Shown here: positions 38,250 to 49,752 of the stretch, piece by piece | How the letters are laid out: each line of letters opens with the position of its first letter | Position numbering within the stretch: the stretch's first letter is position 1 | NCBI GenBank assembly: GCA_026026165.1 | Contig: JAPEUD010000059.1 | Span: forward strand, 62,001-126,000 | Reading direction: 5' to 3' | DNA length: 64,000 nucleotides | Source of the DNA: Sarea resinae | Lineage: Eukaryota | Program-made: the position numbers and the translations under genes | Notes under the pieces: model-generated | Told to the model about the DNA's origin: nothing | Seen by the model: only the letters and a program-made list of their open reading frames with translations | Database searches by the model: none

Positions 38250-40657
38250 TCACTTCTTACCGCTGCGGCTGCGGCTGCGGCTGCGGATAGTATCGTCCTC
38301 GCCCTCCTGTCCCGCGACGGCCTCACCGAGGATGACGATCGCCCCTTCCCCTTCTTCCCCTTCTCGTTCTTCTCCTCCCTCTTCTTCTAGCCCCACTCCC
38401 CGTATACCACCACCACCAACACTACCACCGACCCGAAGCGCCTTCCTCCTGATCTCGGCAAACCGCCGCGCATTGTCACGGCCCTTGTCGACGTCGACGA
38501 ATAGAATGACGAGCGTGGCACAGCTGCACAGCGCGAACAGGAACGGAAAACCCATCCAGTTGTTGTTGGATCGGTTGATGATCGCTTGGATTATGTTCGG
38601 GCCGATGATGGAGGACTTTTTTTTTTGGTTTGGGGCGTTAGTGAGTCGTGGGAGTTGTGGTTGTTGGGTGGGGAATTTGTAGGTTGGGCGTGGGTTGGGG
38701 TGGGACGAATTGAGGGAAGGAGGAGGGGGGAGAGGAAGGGAGAAGATGTGAGAGGGAGGAAACTTGGGACAAGTAAAGAGAGAGGAAACGAAAGTTTGCG
38801 TATGGTTGTAGGGCAGACTTGATTGGCAGGTGTGTAGGATGGGCGTTGGAGGTTGAAGGGGCTAGGAAAGGAGGCGGCGGGAAGCGGAGTTTTAGAGATG
38901 GTAATAAGGGAACGGGCAGGAGCAGGGGATAGAAACGAATGTATAGGGGCTGGCATGTGGTATAGTACCAGGGAAAAGCAATCGAAATGATACGTAAAGA
39001 AGGGGACTCACTGCACGATTGGTGATTCCAAAAAGGCCAAAGAACATGTTCTCATAGCCGCGCGGCACCAGCTCGCTCATCATCGTTTGGGCATACTACG
39101 ACCGTTCACTCCCTGTGAGCCCAGCACAAAAACGATAGTAAGACATGAATAAAAAAGACTCACTGCGTAGTAAGGCGCTTGGAAGAGGCCGAAGACGGCG
39201 TTGTAAAAGTAAAATTCCCACTATTGCCGACGTCGTTGTCAGTGCTGTGCGACCAAAACACACTCTCGGTTCTACCTTATTGTGATACCCCGCTCTCTGC
39301 GTCCACAGTCCAATCATGCCATAAAACGGGATGAAAACGCTGAAGAAGTTCGTGAATAGGAACATCGGCTTCGTGGGGATGCGGAAGTATTTCTGGATAT
39401 ACCAGTACCCAAACGTCGAGGCGATCGAGCACACGGCCTGCGTGATGCCCAGGTACGTGATCTGAAGAAACGAAAATGCCACTTGGTCATTTTGGATGAT
39501 GCTGACCAGCGTCCCTGAAGACAGTTTAGCCATCATCTGCTTGCATCTGGGGACGCGGGCTTACCTGTCGTGTTCAGCCCGTCGGCGAGCAGGAAGAATG
39601 CTACCAGGTACGTAAAGGTCTGCGGTAGATGGCGAATCTCACGCACGGCGATCCACACTTGCTTCAGGCCGATAGTGGCGTAGCTGGAGCCTTTAGGCAA
39701 TTTTGGTCCGGGCCGCTTTTGCTGGAAGATGAACCACCACAGTCCGAGAATAACCCAGTCTGCGCATTCGGTCAGAAAGGAGGCCTATAAAATGGCTAGA
39801 CAGAGTCACTTACAAGAATTCGTAAGACACAAGGCTAGGTTATTGGAATAAGTATCATTCTGCAAGGGAAGTAGTACGCTCAGGTTAATGGCCAATGTCA
39901 AGAGGTATCCAATGTTCGAATGGGCCGTCGAGATGTTGGATAGATGGTTCTTCTCCATGGATTCGATCTTGTCGTACTCTCCCTGGCTGATCTTGCCCTC
40001 CTTGAGATCCTCATCTCTCGCTTTACGGACGTCTGGCATATACCGAGCCAGGCGGGGGAAGATGGCGGCGTAGAAGACGAGCGTAGCGCCGTAGGCGACG
40101 TACGAGACGATATACAGGCCCATGGCCGAGTGCCATTGACTGGGATGCCTGATGGCCATGAAGCCGTACTGGAACGCCCAGCAGATGACGGTCAGCACCA
40201 GCAGCAGCCAGCGCCCGAATGATCCGTAGTCGGCCGCACTTCCCAGCCAGACGAACATGAGGGTCATAAAGGCAAAGCAGAGCCCATTCGCAATCAGCAC
40301 CACCGACGAGACCGAGCGCGTGCCGCCATTCCACGGCACGACACAGGCGGTGCTGCCGGTGCATGGCTGGGGGGGAGTGGTTCCCGGCTGGAAGCCCGCA
40401 TTCGTCAGGGCGGACTGGAAGAGAGCCTGAGAGTAGGATCCTGGGCCGACGCCATTGTCGCCGTTGTAGTAGAGGTAATAGGACCAGAGCTCCTTGCGCG
40501 TGGTTGTGGGCTGGTCGAAGGCATCCTCATCCGCGCCGAACAGATGCTGGTAGCTCTGGACATTGGCGCGTATCTCCCTGTGCTCTGCATCCGACCAGTC
40601 GAGGTCGTCGAGTTCGCTTGTGACGGCGACGCTGTTCTTGACCTTGGAGTCCGTCAT
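38250..40657 (-). CDS. Atg22-family (UMF1-like) MFS transporter
   Basis: TTRKELWSYYLYYNGDNG, LGSAADYG, VFYAAIFPRLAR, FFLLADGLNTT, QAPYYAYAQTMMSELVPRGYENMFFGLFGITNRA|SSIIGPN and FVDVDKGR, with five introns. It resembles Atg22-like paralogs; orthology to the autophagy gene is not established. Confidence 0.85.
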
Positions 40658-40822
40658 GGCTGAAGGTGGACCGATTGAGGTCGCCAGATCAAGATCAACG
40701 ACACTTGAGCTTATTGCATACGCATTGAGATTGCTTCACCGAGATATCAACAGATGGAGCACCTCGACTGGCTGAAGCTGAGAGAGAGCACATGGCGATG
40801 GCGGGAATGCAGTCGCGCGCTC

Positions 40823-40885
40823 CTTATCGATCGAGTGCTGCGGGCTGATAAGAACACGACGACCCTTGTCCGATAAAGCGATAAG
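40823..40885. promoter_or_regulatory. Cluster of four GATAA sites (candidate AreA/NIT2 GATA-factor elements) in a bidirectional promoter
   Basis: CTTATC 40823-40828, TGATAAG 40846-40852, CGATAA 40871-40876 and CGATAAG 40879-40885. Confidence 0.6.
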
Positions 40886-40957
40886 ACACGGCACGCCATC
40901 GTCAACACCAAACGTGTTCGTGGTATGTCAGCATCGTCAACAACATGAACCCGAACA

Positions 40958-43637
40958 ATGGCTTCGATTGACGATGATGATGATGCCCGCAAGAGGATCG
41001 GACAGCTCTTCGTGGTCGGATTTCATGGATACAGCGCCAGTGCCGAGGTCAAGACGCTGATCAGGACATATGGCGTTGGCGGGGTCGTCCTCTTCGAACG
41101 GAATATCCGAGATGCAGAACAACTCCAGTCGTTGGTGCGAGCTCTACAGCAAGAAGCCAGAGATGCGGGCCATGAACATTCCCTCTTCATCGGCATCGAC
41201 CAAGAGAATGGCCTGGTCACGAGGATCTGCCCGCCGATTGTCACGCAGCTCCCGGGGGCAATGACTCTGGGAGCGACGGGCGTGGCCGAGCATGCTTGCC
41301 AAGTTGCCCGGGCTACCGGCGACATGTTGCGCTTCTTTGGCATCAACACCAACTATGCTCCCGTCGGAGATGTCAACTCGGAGCCACTCAATCCCGTCAT
41401 TGGCGTTCGAAGCCCGGGCGACAATCCCCATCGTGTCGCGGGGTATGCCAGTGCCGCCGCGAAGGGGTTTCGACAGAGCCGGATCATCCCCTGCATCAAG
41501 CACTTTCCGGGACATGGTGACACGAAAGTGGATTCGCATTACGGTCTGCCCGTCATGTCGAGAGAGAGAGCGGACCTGGAACGATGCGAGCTGATACCCT
41601 TCCGTCGAGCCACAGCGGAAGGCATCGAGTCGGTGATGACGGCGCACATCAAGATCCCCAACATCGAGAGCAACGGCCTTCCCGCTTCCCTCTCGCCCGC
41701 TGCCTTGGATCTGCTGCGGACATCCCTCAATTACGATGGGATGGTCGTCACCGATTGTCTTGAGATGGACGGAGTTCGCTCGACGTATGGCACAGAGGCT
41801 GGGTCGGTGCTTGCGTTCAAGGCCGGAAATGATTCAGTCATGATCTGTCATACATACGATGTCCAGGTCGCATCAATCGAGAAAGTGTACGACGCTTTGA
41901 AGTCCGGTGAGATATCCCCAGAGCGGATTGACGAAGCACTCGGCCGTGTGCGGAAAGTGAAGGCCAAGCATCTGCAATGGAACACCACGTCAAATCCAAC
42001 TCCTATGTCAGAGTTGGCCACGCTCAACAAAGCCCATGATCAGCTCTCGCGAGAGATCTACTCTAAGAGTACGACGCTTGTCCGTGCAGAAGAAGGGACT
42101 CTTCCGTTGTCAGGAACGTCAAAGACGGTCTTCTTATCTCCGGGTCAGGAGACCGCGTTAGGCGGGGCTGTTCATAGCGGAGAATATGAGATGAGAGACG
42201 CTCGAGTCCACGCTGAGTTTATCGGTGTCCTGCGAGGCCACAATCGCGGTACTGTCGATCTCTATTATACCAAATCGGGTCTTCTGGAAGATTCATGGAA
42301 GCTAGTCAAGGAAGCCGATGCGGTGATCCTCGAGACCCGCAATGCGCACCAATCGACCTGGCAGAGAGATTTCGCATTTCAACTGGCAAAGCTTTCGTTG
42401 AAGCTTATCGTGATTGCAACGTGCGATCCCTACGACTTTCTTGACGATGCCCAGATAAAGACTTACATAACTATATACGAGCCCACGTTAGCAGCTTTCA
42501 TTCCGGCTGTAGACGTAATCTTTGGTCTCAGTCGGGCACAAGGCACTCTTCCAATAGGAAAAGAGCCTGCTGAAGTTACCGTTACCCCTTTCGATTCGAG
42601 TCGAGATCTTGAAGGAGTATCTAGAATCTGGCAAAGCACTCTACCTACCTATCCAGTGAGCATTGATAAGCTACGAGATCTCCTCAATTGGAAAAGCGGA
42701 CATCACTTTGTAGCACACAAGGGATCCGTTATGATTGGCTTCTGCGCCGCATACACATCCCACAAACAAGACAAGCTGGAAGCACACATCTCTGTGCTGA
42801 TCGTCGACCCGGATCAACAGCGCCAGGGCAGTGGGACGGCGCTGGTCATGGCTGCTCGCGATTTCTTCCTCCAGAAATTCGGTATCTACAATCTAGCTAT
42901 TGGGAGCACATTTCCTCGATTCTGGCCAGGGTTACCCGTCGACCTGCCAGCATCTGTTGCCGACTTTTTTCTTCACAGAGGTGAATATTTCCTTCGCATC
43001 TGACAAAGCGTCCCGAGACTTGGCCTCAGCTAATCAAGCACTCAGGCTTTCGGATGAGCACTGCCACTGCCACAACAACGGACCTCTATCAGGATATCAG
43101 ATCTTATGATTTTCCTCAAAGTCGCGTCACGCCTGCCCTTGAAGCAGGCTACACCTTCGCGCCGCTCGAACAAGCCCAACACGAAGAATGCATGAAGGGC
43201 CAAAAGAGGAATTTTTCAGGGTATTCGGTAAGTCTCTCCTTTTTCAAATAATGGGCCTTCTTATGTGATGTGTACAGGGCTGGGTCGAAGCTTATGCTTT
43301 TCTTCAACCCGAGAAATATCCTTCTAATATCATGGTGGCCTTTTCCCCATCCGGCGAACAAATTGCGTGGACATTGATGCTCGACCCTTCTTCATCCATT
43401 CTCAGCCTCTACGCCTTTGCCCCTCTCTGCGGTCCCAACACAGGACTCATAGCATGCGTCGGGGTGGACCAAGCACATCGTGGCTCAGGTGTCAGTATCC
43501 CCATGCTCGCCTATGCGATCGAGGATATGCGTCGAAGGGGCATCGAGGGTGTTCTGGTAGACTGGGTCGCGATGAAAGGCTTCTATGAAAAAGCTGGCTT
43601 CTCCGTGTGGAGAGAGTACCGAAGTGGAGAGATTTAG
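40958..43637 (+). CDS. NGS1: Cytosolic GH3 beta-N-acetylglucosaminidase (NagZ-type) fused to two GNAT acetyltransferase domains; Ngs1/Nag3-like
   Basis: IGIDQENGLVTRI, NPVIGVRSPG, the NagZ signature KHFPGHGDTKVDSH, VMTAH and the nucleophile region VTDCLEM. Two acetyl-CoA-binding motifs follow (VDPDQQRQGSGTAL and GVDQAHRGSGV...FYEKAGF). No signal peptide; two introns. Confidence 0.85.
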
Positions 43638-44122
43638 ACCGTCTAGCAACAAAAGATATCATGCAGAGCAAACATTCTTCAAAGCAAAACATTTTTTGTC
43701 TTTTTTCTTACTGGTTTCTCAGCGATCAATTGTTCGATTCGTTCGTTGCGACATTGTCTCAGCTACCCCATCCCCCCCACGGCCGAGTCGTCCGCAGTCA
43801 GAAAGGATCGGCAGTCTCTCCACTTTTAGCATCGGCCTACACGTGTCTGACACTCGAATCGAGGCCCGCCTCCCCAATCACATCTCATACACGCTCAACC
43901 GCGGTTGAGCTCCCGGGCTAGCTCAGGGCAACCGGCACTCGGGCCTTTCCGTCCGGCACCAATTCTTCACCCAGGTGGAGCGATTATTGTCGCGGCGCAG
44001 TCGAGAGGGGATGGGGCCCGTGCATGATGCGATCCATGGCCCTTTCTCCAGTTGTTCTTGGACCGTCCTGATGCTGTCTGTCGTGGAAACACCAAACGGC
44101 GCATTTGGAACAGTGAGTGAAA

Positions 44123-45692
44123 ATGGCGGCAACTTCAGCGGTGGTGCAGCAGCTGGTCCCTGATGTAGGTCGTGCATTTAGATTAAACTCGAGTTGCGAA
44201 GCGAGGGAGCTAAGTCGTACTAGGACCTCGAGGCCGACCAAGGCTCGTCTTACGGCGCAGAACTGTAACGGACCTCCCACGATCACGATGAAGCCAAGCC
44301 GGTCTAATCGTGTCCAGATCGAGCTACACGACGTCTCTCAGTTCGGGTGTCACCGACTACGAATGGGAGCATGGCCGTCGCTTTCACAAGTACAAGGAAG
44401 GAAGTACGCAACACCTTTCGATGCGAACGAAGAAAATCGTTGACAGTCGGTCGCAGGATATCCATGGCCAAACGACGAATCCGAGCAGGCTCGGCTCGAC
44501 TTGAATCACCATGTGTTGACGATTCTCATGGACGGAAAGCTGTATCTGGCGCCCGTCAAGCAGCCTAAAAGGGTGATTGATCTGGCCACCGGGACGGGAA
44601 TATGGGCCATCGATTTTGGTATTTCTCGCTGTTGATCATCAAAGGAATGCACTGACGACCCGTATAAAGCGGATGAGCATCCTGATGTTGAACTAGTACT
44701 TCTCCTCTCCTGGCAAATGACGACATGTCTAAGATACGCCATAGGTTCTGGGAAACGACCTCAGTCCGATCCAGCCCAGCTGGTAAGCAACCCCTTCTTC
44801 GGCATATCAAGAAGTCACTAAGCAGACAAAAAGGGTCCCGCCAAACGTCAAGTTCGTCGTTGACGACGTCGAAAGCGAATGGTCGTACGAGAAGCCATTC
44901 GACTTTATCCACGGCCGCTACCTCGCGGGCTCCATCTCGGACTGGCCGAAGCTCATGAGCCAGGCCTACGCGTACGTCTCTCTCCTGTCCATTTTCAACC
45001 GCGTTTTGAGACTGACCGTAAGCCGCGCGCGCTGGAAACAACAGAAACCTGCAGTCTGGAGGCTGGGTCGAGTTCCAGGACTACGACCTCAACGTCCGCG
45101 TCGACGACAATTCCCTGGACGGTACGGTGGTGGCGCAACTCCACGACCTCATCTGCGGCGCGTGCGAGAAGCTCGGTCGGACGGCGGCGCCGGGCCCCAA
45201 GCTCAAGGGCTGGGTCGAGGGCGCGGGCTTCGACAACGTCAAGGAGGTCGTGTATAAATTGCCTCTTGGCCCGTGGACCAAGGACGCGAAACTCGTAACT
45301 TCACCTCCCTTTTTAGATTCATCGACCTGGTTGCTTACCAACCCCACTCGCACAGAAACACGCCGGAGGCCTCAATCTCTCGCAGTGCCTCTCCGGCCTC
45401 GAGGCCTTTACGCTCCGGCTCTTCACGTCCGTACTCGGCTGGACGACGGATGAGATCCACGCCTTCCTGGTCGATGCCCGCCGCGATTTGAACCTCAAGC
45501 GTATTCACCCATACATGACCTTGTGAGTCTTTTTCTCTTCGTCTGAAGTGATGCTTGCATCGGCTTTCGTTCCAGTGACGGCACGCGAGTGGTGTTTTGT
45601 TTCTCTTGCGTTGTGGAAGATGAGATGAGATGAGATGTAGCTAATTCATCGTGATGGGTGGTAGTCACGTCGTCTATGCTCAGAAGCGCTGA
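44123..45692 (+). CDS. Second LaeA-like SAM-dependent methyltransferase, about 10 exons
   Basis: [101 protein letters not shown] and terminal HVVYAQKR*. Confidence 0.9.
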
Positions 45693-46339
45693 GTGCTTGC
45701 TTGTCCTGCTTGCTTGCTTGCACCAGTAGTAAGTGCTGTGCCTCTCGCGCACATCTTTCCAGCATCTCTCAGGCGATCTCCAATCATTCCTCTACCAGGA
45801 CCTCCTTCTTTCTTCTTTCCTCTTCTCCCTCTCCCCTGCTTACCAATACCACAAATAAGCAAGCAAATGCCAAACAGCCTACCTACCTACATATCCCCAA
45901 TCTGATCTTCCTCTTTTTTCTTCTCTCGGTTCTCTTTTCATCTGTAGCTAGTCAAGCCGTTCTTCTCTCGAAATCGAAGACATAATCTGAGTTGTTGTCA
46001 GCTTGCTTGACATGATATGATCGAACTGCTCTATTTCTGCATCTTGTTTGGATATGTAGGTTCTGTCTGCAGCACGTATCAGATAGACAGCCGGAGATCC
46101 ATGGATACATTGACAGTACACGATGATGATAGGCACTCGTTGAGCGCTGCAGGCTCTCTATCTGCCTAGTACCAGTACTGTACTTCGTACGTACAGTGCA
46201 AGTGCATTTGGTAGCTTAAAGTACCCGTACTTTAAAAGCCCCCCCCCACCAAGGCCCGAGGCCCACCGACACACACCACGTCTCAGAGTACCAGAAAGCA
46301 CCCCATCTCTTACCAGTAAACCAAGTATTGCGACATTCA

Positions 46340-47830
46340 CCCACTTAGTACCTTACCTTACTTACATGACAACAATGTCGCACTACCTGTCTATACCATC
46401 CCTTACCTTACCATACCTGGTACGCACCCATCTTAGTCATCCCCACTCGTCCAAGACAAGACAAGACAAGACAAGACAAGACAAGACCAGCCAAAAAGAG
46501 AAAAAAAAGGAAAAAAAGAAGAGAAAAAAAAGGTCAGTACAAGAGAGCATACATACCTAGGCACACAGCCTGCACATCCTGATGAGCTACCCTGCGCTTA
46601 CGCGTACGCATGAGGATTGTGTAGTTTGGATTATCATCAAGACCTTTGTGTATTTGACGGTGACGGGAGAGAAAGAAGATGGCGAGAATGCGTGATAGGT
46701 ATTCTGTCTGTGTCTCTGTGTCTCTCTGTCGATGTATGTAGGGCCCACCAGCCCACCAGCCCACCAGTCAGCCAGCCGTTTGACCCGTCCGCCCATCCGT
46801 CCGTCCCTTCCTTCCTTCCTTCCTTCCCTTCCCTGGCACCACCACCACCGCCGCCGCCGCCGCCTCCGCCGCCGTCAGGTCTTCCACCAACCAACCTTTC
46901 CTGGCCTTCCTTGGTTGAGCCCCGGTGGACGTGTAGGTAGGGCTAAGCTAGGGGCGTGCGCTACCTTGGTAGTGTATACCTAGCGCAAATGGGTGGAGGG
47001 GAGGAAGGAGGGAGGGAGGGAGGGGCGCTAGAGGACGCCTACCTATCTTACTACTATGTAGGCGCTTGGAAACGCGGTTGTGCGAGTATGGTATGTATAT
47101 GTGCATGTACTTATGGTAGGAGGAGGAGGAGGAGGAGGAGGAGGAGGAGGAGGAGGAGGAGGAGGAGGGATGGATAGGTGGTGTATGGGTGGGTGGGAGG
47201 GAAAGTGGTGCATGGTAAAGTGGTAAAGAGTTTTTCTTTCACGAAGACAAGGAGGTAAGGTAGTATGTACGGATGAGGAGGGAGGGTCGTATTGATGTGT
47301 ATTGGTGCGTAGAGAGTAGTGAGCAGTGAGCAGAGAGGAGAGGAGAGAGGAGAGGAGAGTAGGAAAGAGAGAGCAGAGAGGAGGAGAGGAAGTAGGAAAG
47401 AGACGGTTCTAAGCAGAGACAGTCGAGGGAGTCAAGGGAGTCAATGAAGTAATACTCTGTAGCAGTAGCAGTAGCAGTAGCAGTAGTAGTATTTCGTAGT
47501 AGTAGTCTTCTCTAAGAGTAGAGAGCACGAGTGGAGAGTAGAAAGTAGAGAAAAGAGCATAGTACGAGCATCACCGCGGCCGAGTACGCAGAGTCTGTAT
47601 AGTACAGTAGAGTAAAATACACTAGCAACTATTACCACGTCTTTCCTCTGTCTCTCTCTACACCTCTCTCACTACCTCTCTCTCGCACACACACTCCCTA
47701 TTCCTCTTCCTCTACCACTCTCGCACACTCTCTCACACACCTACCTGCCCGATACACAGTACTAGTCTTCGTACATCCACTAAGCAGCCTTTCACATCCT
47801 CCACCCATAGATAACCCAGATACCCACATA
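46340..47830. repeat. Low-complexity intergenic tract with many short SSRs: (CAAGA)n, (CCTT)n, (CCG)n, (AGG)n at 47118-47168, (AGAGG)n, (GTAGCA)n
   Basis: Directly visible runs. The ORFs called here are repeat artefacts. Confidence 0.85.
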
Positions 47831-48977
47831 GCCCGAATCGGGATCCAGGCTCTTCCACTTTTACGTAAACCAAAGCAGACCACGGCAAGAAAGGAAGATG
47901 AACTACCGCGTAGCAGACGGAATCCCGTGTACATGGATCTACTATTCTATCGGCTCTATGAGGTAGGGAAAAATGAATAACAGAGAAGAATAACGCTCTC
48001 GCGGAGTGAGAGTTTTTGCCTGGAAGTTTTCGTCTGGCAGTTTTCGTCGATCTGACCATGAAAGCAGCCGCTCACAGTCACACTCACGATCATTCGTTCG
48101 TTCATTCATTCATTCATCTATTATGCATTCATTGGGACTTCAGATCAGAAAAATTTCTTTCGTATTTGATTGTGTGAGAGAGAGAAAAGCCAAGAAAATG
48201 CGCGCTCAGCTATGCATGGCCGATTCGCATCGCGATGCATGCGCCGCAGCTAGATTCTTCCTTTCCCTCTATGATGCCTGTGACAAGGGCCATGGCATAG
48301 GCACGAGGAGGATGCCTCGGACAAAAGAAAGAGAAAGCAAAACAGCAACCGAAATCTATATTCTCCGAATTTCACCCCGTGGTCCTTTTTGTTCCCCCTT
48401 CCTATAGCCCATGTCCGTTTTTCCAATTTGATCCCCCCTTTTTTTGCCCCCCCCAGTCCAAGTCTAAGCGAAACAAAGGAAAAAAGAGCAACAACTGCCA
48501 GATTCCAAAGAAGACTCCGCACGTCCATCGTGTCTCGTATGATAATGATCGAGAATTCGTCGAGCCGTCATCATCATGGCGTGTGTGGATGATATAGTAA
48601 AGTCGAGATGTAGAAAAGCACAGTAACCAAACAAAGCAGAAAGTCCGAAGTATGCAAGTTGAGTCGTCAAGACAAAGGCGGACAAGACAGATGTGGATGG
48701 GCGCGTGGTTCCATGGGACCCCCCCCAAGAATGGTTGGCTCGGGGCTTGGCCCGCCCTGAACTCTCGGCCAGCCCTATGGTCCAGAGCCCACACAAAGGG
48801 GTCTAGACAAAGAGAGGTTGACTAACGAGCGTACAAGGCGTGCGGTCGTGCAGGCGCAGGCGAGTTGGAAATAGACGTTGGGATCAACCGAGTCGCACAT
48901 TGCGAACCGGGCTGGCCTGGCCGAACGACTGAGCGCAGCGCACGCGCATCGAATCCACGCGAGTGACGTTGCTGCTT

Positions 48978-49565
48978 TTACTGCTGGCTACGCTCGTATG
49001 CCTGACGGCGGTACTGAGCGTTGTGGGCGCCGGCCACGGTGGTGGCGGTTGGCACATCGCGCTTGGAGGAGCCACCAGGGCAGAGCGTAAGGGTGAGGTC
49101 GGTGGAAGAGGAGCAGCCCTGAGTGGCCCAGTTGTCGTCGGGCTGGTTGTAGGCTCCGGTGCAGTCCGAGACGCCGGCGGCACAAGAGACCGAGGTGCAG
49201 CTGCTGTCGGAGGGAGTCAAGGAAGTGCCACCCTGCTCAAAGGGGTTGCCGTTGATGTTTGAGAGATCGTAGTAGACGTTGGACTCATCGGACGAAAGAG
49301 TGTACTCGAACTGGGTAACGGTAGACTGGTCATTCTGGGTGGAAAGCTTGATGGAGATACCACCACCGTTGCCGTTGGTGCGGAAGGCCTCGGAGTAAGA
49401 GGGGTTGCCCGAGTTGAGGGTGGTCATAGGCGCATCGGCTTGGTCGGCGACGGACCAGACATAGACGTCGTAGCCGCAGTTGTTCTGGACGGTGGCAGTG
49501 CCGGCAGAGACCACCGAAGTGAAGGCCGCAAGGGCCGTGGCGACAGCAATGGATTTGGCATACAT
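48978..49565 (-). CDS. Secreted Bys1-family (thaumatin/osmotin-like fold) protein
   Basis: Signal peptide MYAKSIAVATALAAFTSVVSA, then VQNNCGYDVYVWSV, GGGISIK, TQFEYT, VYYDLSNINGNPF, AYNQPDD and DLTLTLC. Strong codon bias; intronless. Confidence 0.85.
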   Translation of the reverse strand: MYAKSIAVATALAAFTSVVSAGTATVQNNCGYDVYVWSVADQADAPMTTLNSGNPSYSEAFRTNGNGGGISIKLSTQNDQSTVTQFEYTLSSDESNVYYDLSNINGNPFEQGGTSLTPSDSSCTSVSCAAGVSDCTGAYNQPDDNWATQGCSSSTDLTLTLCPGGSSKRDVPTATTVAGAHNAQYRRQAYERSQQ

Positions 49566-49746
49566 TTTCAATAGGGACTGTACGAAGGTGATCGTAGATC
49601 GGAGGGCCTTTTTTTGCAAGGAATGTGAGATTGGTGGAGTGTGTAGGGATTGATATGAAACAAGATCCGGCTTGTTCTGTTTCGTTCTGGAAGAGAAGGA
49701 CTGTATGAAGATGGAGGAAATGAAAAATGGGGACCTCGAGGCCATC

Positions 49747-49752
49747 TTTATA
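49747..49752 (-). promoter_or_regulatory. Putative TATA box of the Bys1-like gene
   Basis: TATAAA on the minus strand, about 180 bp upstream of the ATG. Confidence 0.5.

Noticed and set aside
46366..48796. Many 60-130-aa ORFs in the SSR-rich intergenic region
   Set aside because: They are low-complexity translations of repeats on both strands.
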